Origin: Desulfobacterales bacterium
GTDB lineage: Bacteria > Desulfobacterota > Desulfobacteria > Desulfobacterales > UBA5852
DNA length: 64,000 nt
Reading direction: 5' to 3'
Assembly (NCBI GenBank): GCA_963674755.2
Contig: CAXXVS010000003.1
Coordinates: 2,240,001-2,304,000, forward strand
Shown here: positions 61,996 through 64,000 of the stretch, in pieces
How the letters are laid out: every line of letters begins with the position of its first letter
Position numbering within the stretch: the stretch's first letter is position 1
The notes under the pieces: generated by a model
Told to the model about the DNA's origin: nothing
Databases searched by the model: none
What the model saw: only the letters and a program-made list of their open reading frames with translations
Program-made: the position numbers and the translations under genes

Positions 61996-62000
61996 TAACA

Positions 62001-62634
62001 GATCCAGGCAACTGCGGACGATGGCCAGATTCTCTTTAAGACAACTGCCCCACAGGCGATCCATCTCGGGGAAGTGGCGAACCAGAAGCCCATTGCGGAT
62101 CTGCATGCGTACGCTGTGTTCATCGCGTTTGAGCCGCTTGCGAAGTGAAAGCAAGCTGCGCAACGCAGTAAGCTCCGCCGAAGGCTTTTCAAAGAACTGG
62201 CATTTGCCCTGCGCCATCAGGTCGGCCACATTGGCGCTGTCTTTGGTGTCGTTCTTATCCCAGCGCCCGTCAAGACTCTCGCGGTTGTCGGCAATGGCTT
62301 TGTTGGAGACCAGTACCAGAAGTTGATCCTGTTCCAAAAGCCAGTTGGCCAAAGGCTTGTGGTAATTGCCGGTGGGCTCCAGTCCGAAAGCGACCCTTCG
62401 GCAGGAATGGGCCACCATCAGTTGTTCAGCTCTTTCGATGAGCTGCTCGAAACCGGTGCGGTCGTTGTCAAAGATCAGGCGCTTTAGGAGCGTCTTGCCG
62501 GTGGCGGTGCCGAAGAAGGCATGATGGCGTTCCTTAGCCACATCGATGCCGACGAGCATATAATCCTGGCTGCCTCGCACGGAGGTGCGAAATTGACAGT
62601 ATTCCTCGTACCTGCTAATTTCTCTGTTACCCAT
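62001..62634 (-). pseudogene. IS110 recombinase, N-terminal DEDD (RuvC-like) part
   Basis: GIDVAK, GLEPTG, KNDTKDS; GAGGAGG RBS. Confidence 0.9.
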
Positions 62635-62768
62635 AATAGCCTCCTCGTAGCTCGTGTTGAAGGTTTGTCCACCTTTGTGCTACCTGGAGGCTATTTTCTT
62701 TTCAAGGCGATAATTACTTTTGTTTTTACTACTCTTGGAGGTATATTCTCTAACTATTTCAATATATA

Positions 62769-62824
62769 ACGTTGTTGACTAAATGTACAAGAGTTGGATT
62801 TGTACACTTAGTCAACAACGTCCC
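62769..62824. repeat. REP-like palindrome used as the IS110 target
   Basis: ACGTTGTTGACTAAATGTACAA-N9-TTGTACACTTAGTCAACAACGT (21/22 paired), extended by GGG/CCC in the reconstructed empty site. Confidence 0.8.
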
Positions 62825-63357
62825 TTTTCCTCTAGGCGGCACCGAAACGCTCAAAATGAAATTGACGCTGTCCTTTTAAAACAGAGCTTGGATGGATCAT
62901 CGCAATTGTCTCGCAATGTGGTGGTCAATAATGTGCAAGCAGGAAGTCTGAGCGATAGGACCCCTCAGGAGAAACCGAAGATCCGGGATAGGGCCGCTTT
63001 AATGGATGATGTCAGTATGACCTATCGCTAGCCGACAGCCATACGTCAGCAATGCTTAAAAAATCAAATCGTTTTTGGCGGGCCATCCCATCGCGCCTGC
63101 AATTCAGGGGCGGCGACCCCTGCTGCAATAGCCATCCCGTTGCGGATGTTCCGATCCGCTGGGGAAAGGGGCTTATATGCCAGCGGCATCGAGGGTGTTA
63201 AATGCGGACATCAATCCCAAAAAGCGTAGGAAAGGGAATGTGGTTGTCGCTGTATGGGGATAGTCGAAGGATATGAAAACCGGCCATCGGTAACTCATCG
63301 GGCGTTGCAAGCGTGCTCAAAGTGCCGCTCCGCTTCCCTCCAATGATAACGTGTGAC

Positions 63358-64000
63358 TTATTGCCCAGGCGTCAAAATTGTTGTCATATAGGCGGTTGCA
63401 AAATCGATGAAGGTGCGTACGCCCAATGGCAAGCGTCTCTGCACAGGATAGACGATGTGAGCCGGCAGATCTTCGGCTTGCCATTTCGGTAAAACCCTTA
63501 TCAGCCGCTCCGAAACAATATCTTCGGCGATCAACCACTCCGGTAAAACCGCAACCCCAAGTCCCATCCGCGCTGCTTCGCGCAAGCTGGTTACACCTTC
63601 GGACGTTAAGACGGGCGTTATCGCCACCCTCTGCTTTTTCTGCCCTGTTGCATAAATGAGGACTTCCTTCTTCCCGCCGAATTGAACGCCGGAAAGCGCC
63701 AGCCACGGCCAGGACTGAAGTTGAATGGGTTGGGAGACGGTCTTTTGCTTCTTTAGAAACTTGGGGGAAGCGACGAGATAGCGTTTAATGACCGGAAGCG
63801 GGTGCGCGATGATCGTATCGTCGGTAATGGTGCCGGCGATGATGCCAAGATCGCATCCTTCTTCAAGCATACGCATGGGACGGTTGGAATAGGCAAGGTC
63901 AACCGTCACGGCCGGGTTGGTCTGAATAAAGCTTGTGACCAAGCGGCTGACAACATTCTGACCGAAATCGATTGTCGCGAACAGACGGATATGACCCTGA
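63358..64000 (-). CDS. LysR-family regulator (CrgA/DmlR-like), 5'-truncated by the window edge
   Basis: GHIRL..FG, EEGCDLGI, LVASP, GLGVAVLPEW; frame open to the window end. Confidence 0.88.
   Translation of the reverse strand, partial: QGHIRLFATIDFGQNVVSRLVTSFIQTNPAVTVDLAYSNRPMRMLEEGCDLGIIAGTITDDTIIAHPLPVIKRYLVASPKFLKKQKTVSQPIQLQSWPWLALSGVQFGGKKEVLIYATGQKKQRVAITPVLTSEGVTSLREAARMGLGVAVLPEWLIAEDIVSERLIRVLPKWQAEDLPAHIVYPVQRRLPLGVRTFIDFATAYMTTILTPGQ

Larger units (their letters stand above)
59303..62000 (-). mobile_element. IS21-family insertion sequence
   Basis: Termini TGTCAATG...CATTAACA; 5-bp TSD GATCC (59298..59302, 62001..62005); istA-istB; multiple subterminal repeats. Confidence 0.93.
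58335..62770 (-). mobile_element. IS110-family insertion sequence (long downstream non-coding end, IS1111-like layout), interrupted by an IS21 element
   Basis: Split DEDD/Tnp20 recombinase. Joining flanks GGGGAC(58334) and GTTGTTGAC(62771) restores the target palindrome; core AC is present at both junctions; no larger TSD. Confidence 0.85.

Noticed and set aside
61942..62000. C-terminal LLMVTAIEPFHEHPNGATL of the 230-aa IS110 ORF
   Set aside because: Read-through into the IS21 end, not part of the recombinase.

Overview
GC-rich bacterial chromosome segment; the gene content suggests an anaerobic Desulfobacterota-like organism (inference only). Left to right it carries: ydbH-ynbE-ydbL, mgtE and an ArsB/NhaD permease; an arsR-thioredoxin-DGC-ccdA redox cluster split by a TolC/RND efflux block; an AT-rich STAND-type adenylate/guanylate cyclase; an IclR-TRAP operon; a polyamine uptake/catabolism region interrupted by purF-MFS-nadE; an Fe3+/thiamine-type ABC transporter; and a divergent DAC-fold gene. 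An AT-rich defence-like island follows, with a SIR2-like gene in an attC-bounded integron-type cassette, a membrane protein plus a poly-Pro micropeptide, a CHAT protease-ClpN fusion and a Ser/Thr kinase-TPR. The standout is an IS110-family element (58335..62770) whose recombinase gene is split by an IS21 element. Its downstream non-coding end encodes a readable bridge RNA whose two internal loops match the reconstructed target (a REP-like hairpin, core AC/GT) and the element's own circle junction. Circularisation would also assemble a TTGACA-N17-TATATA promoter. A structured ~340-bp dispersed repeat with compensatory stem changes occurs three times in full and twice in part. All calls are by eye; no database searches were run.
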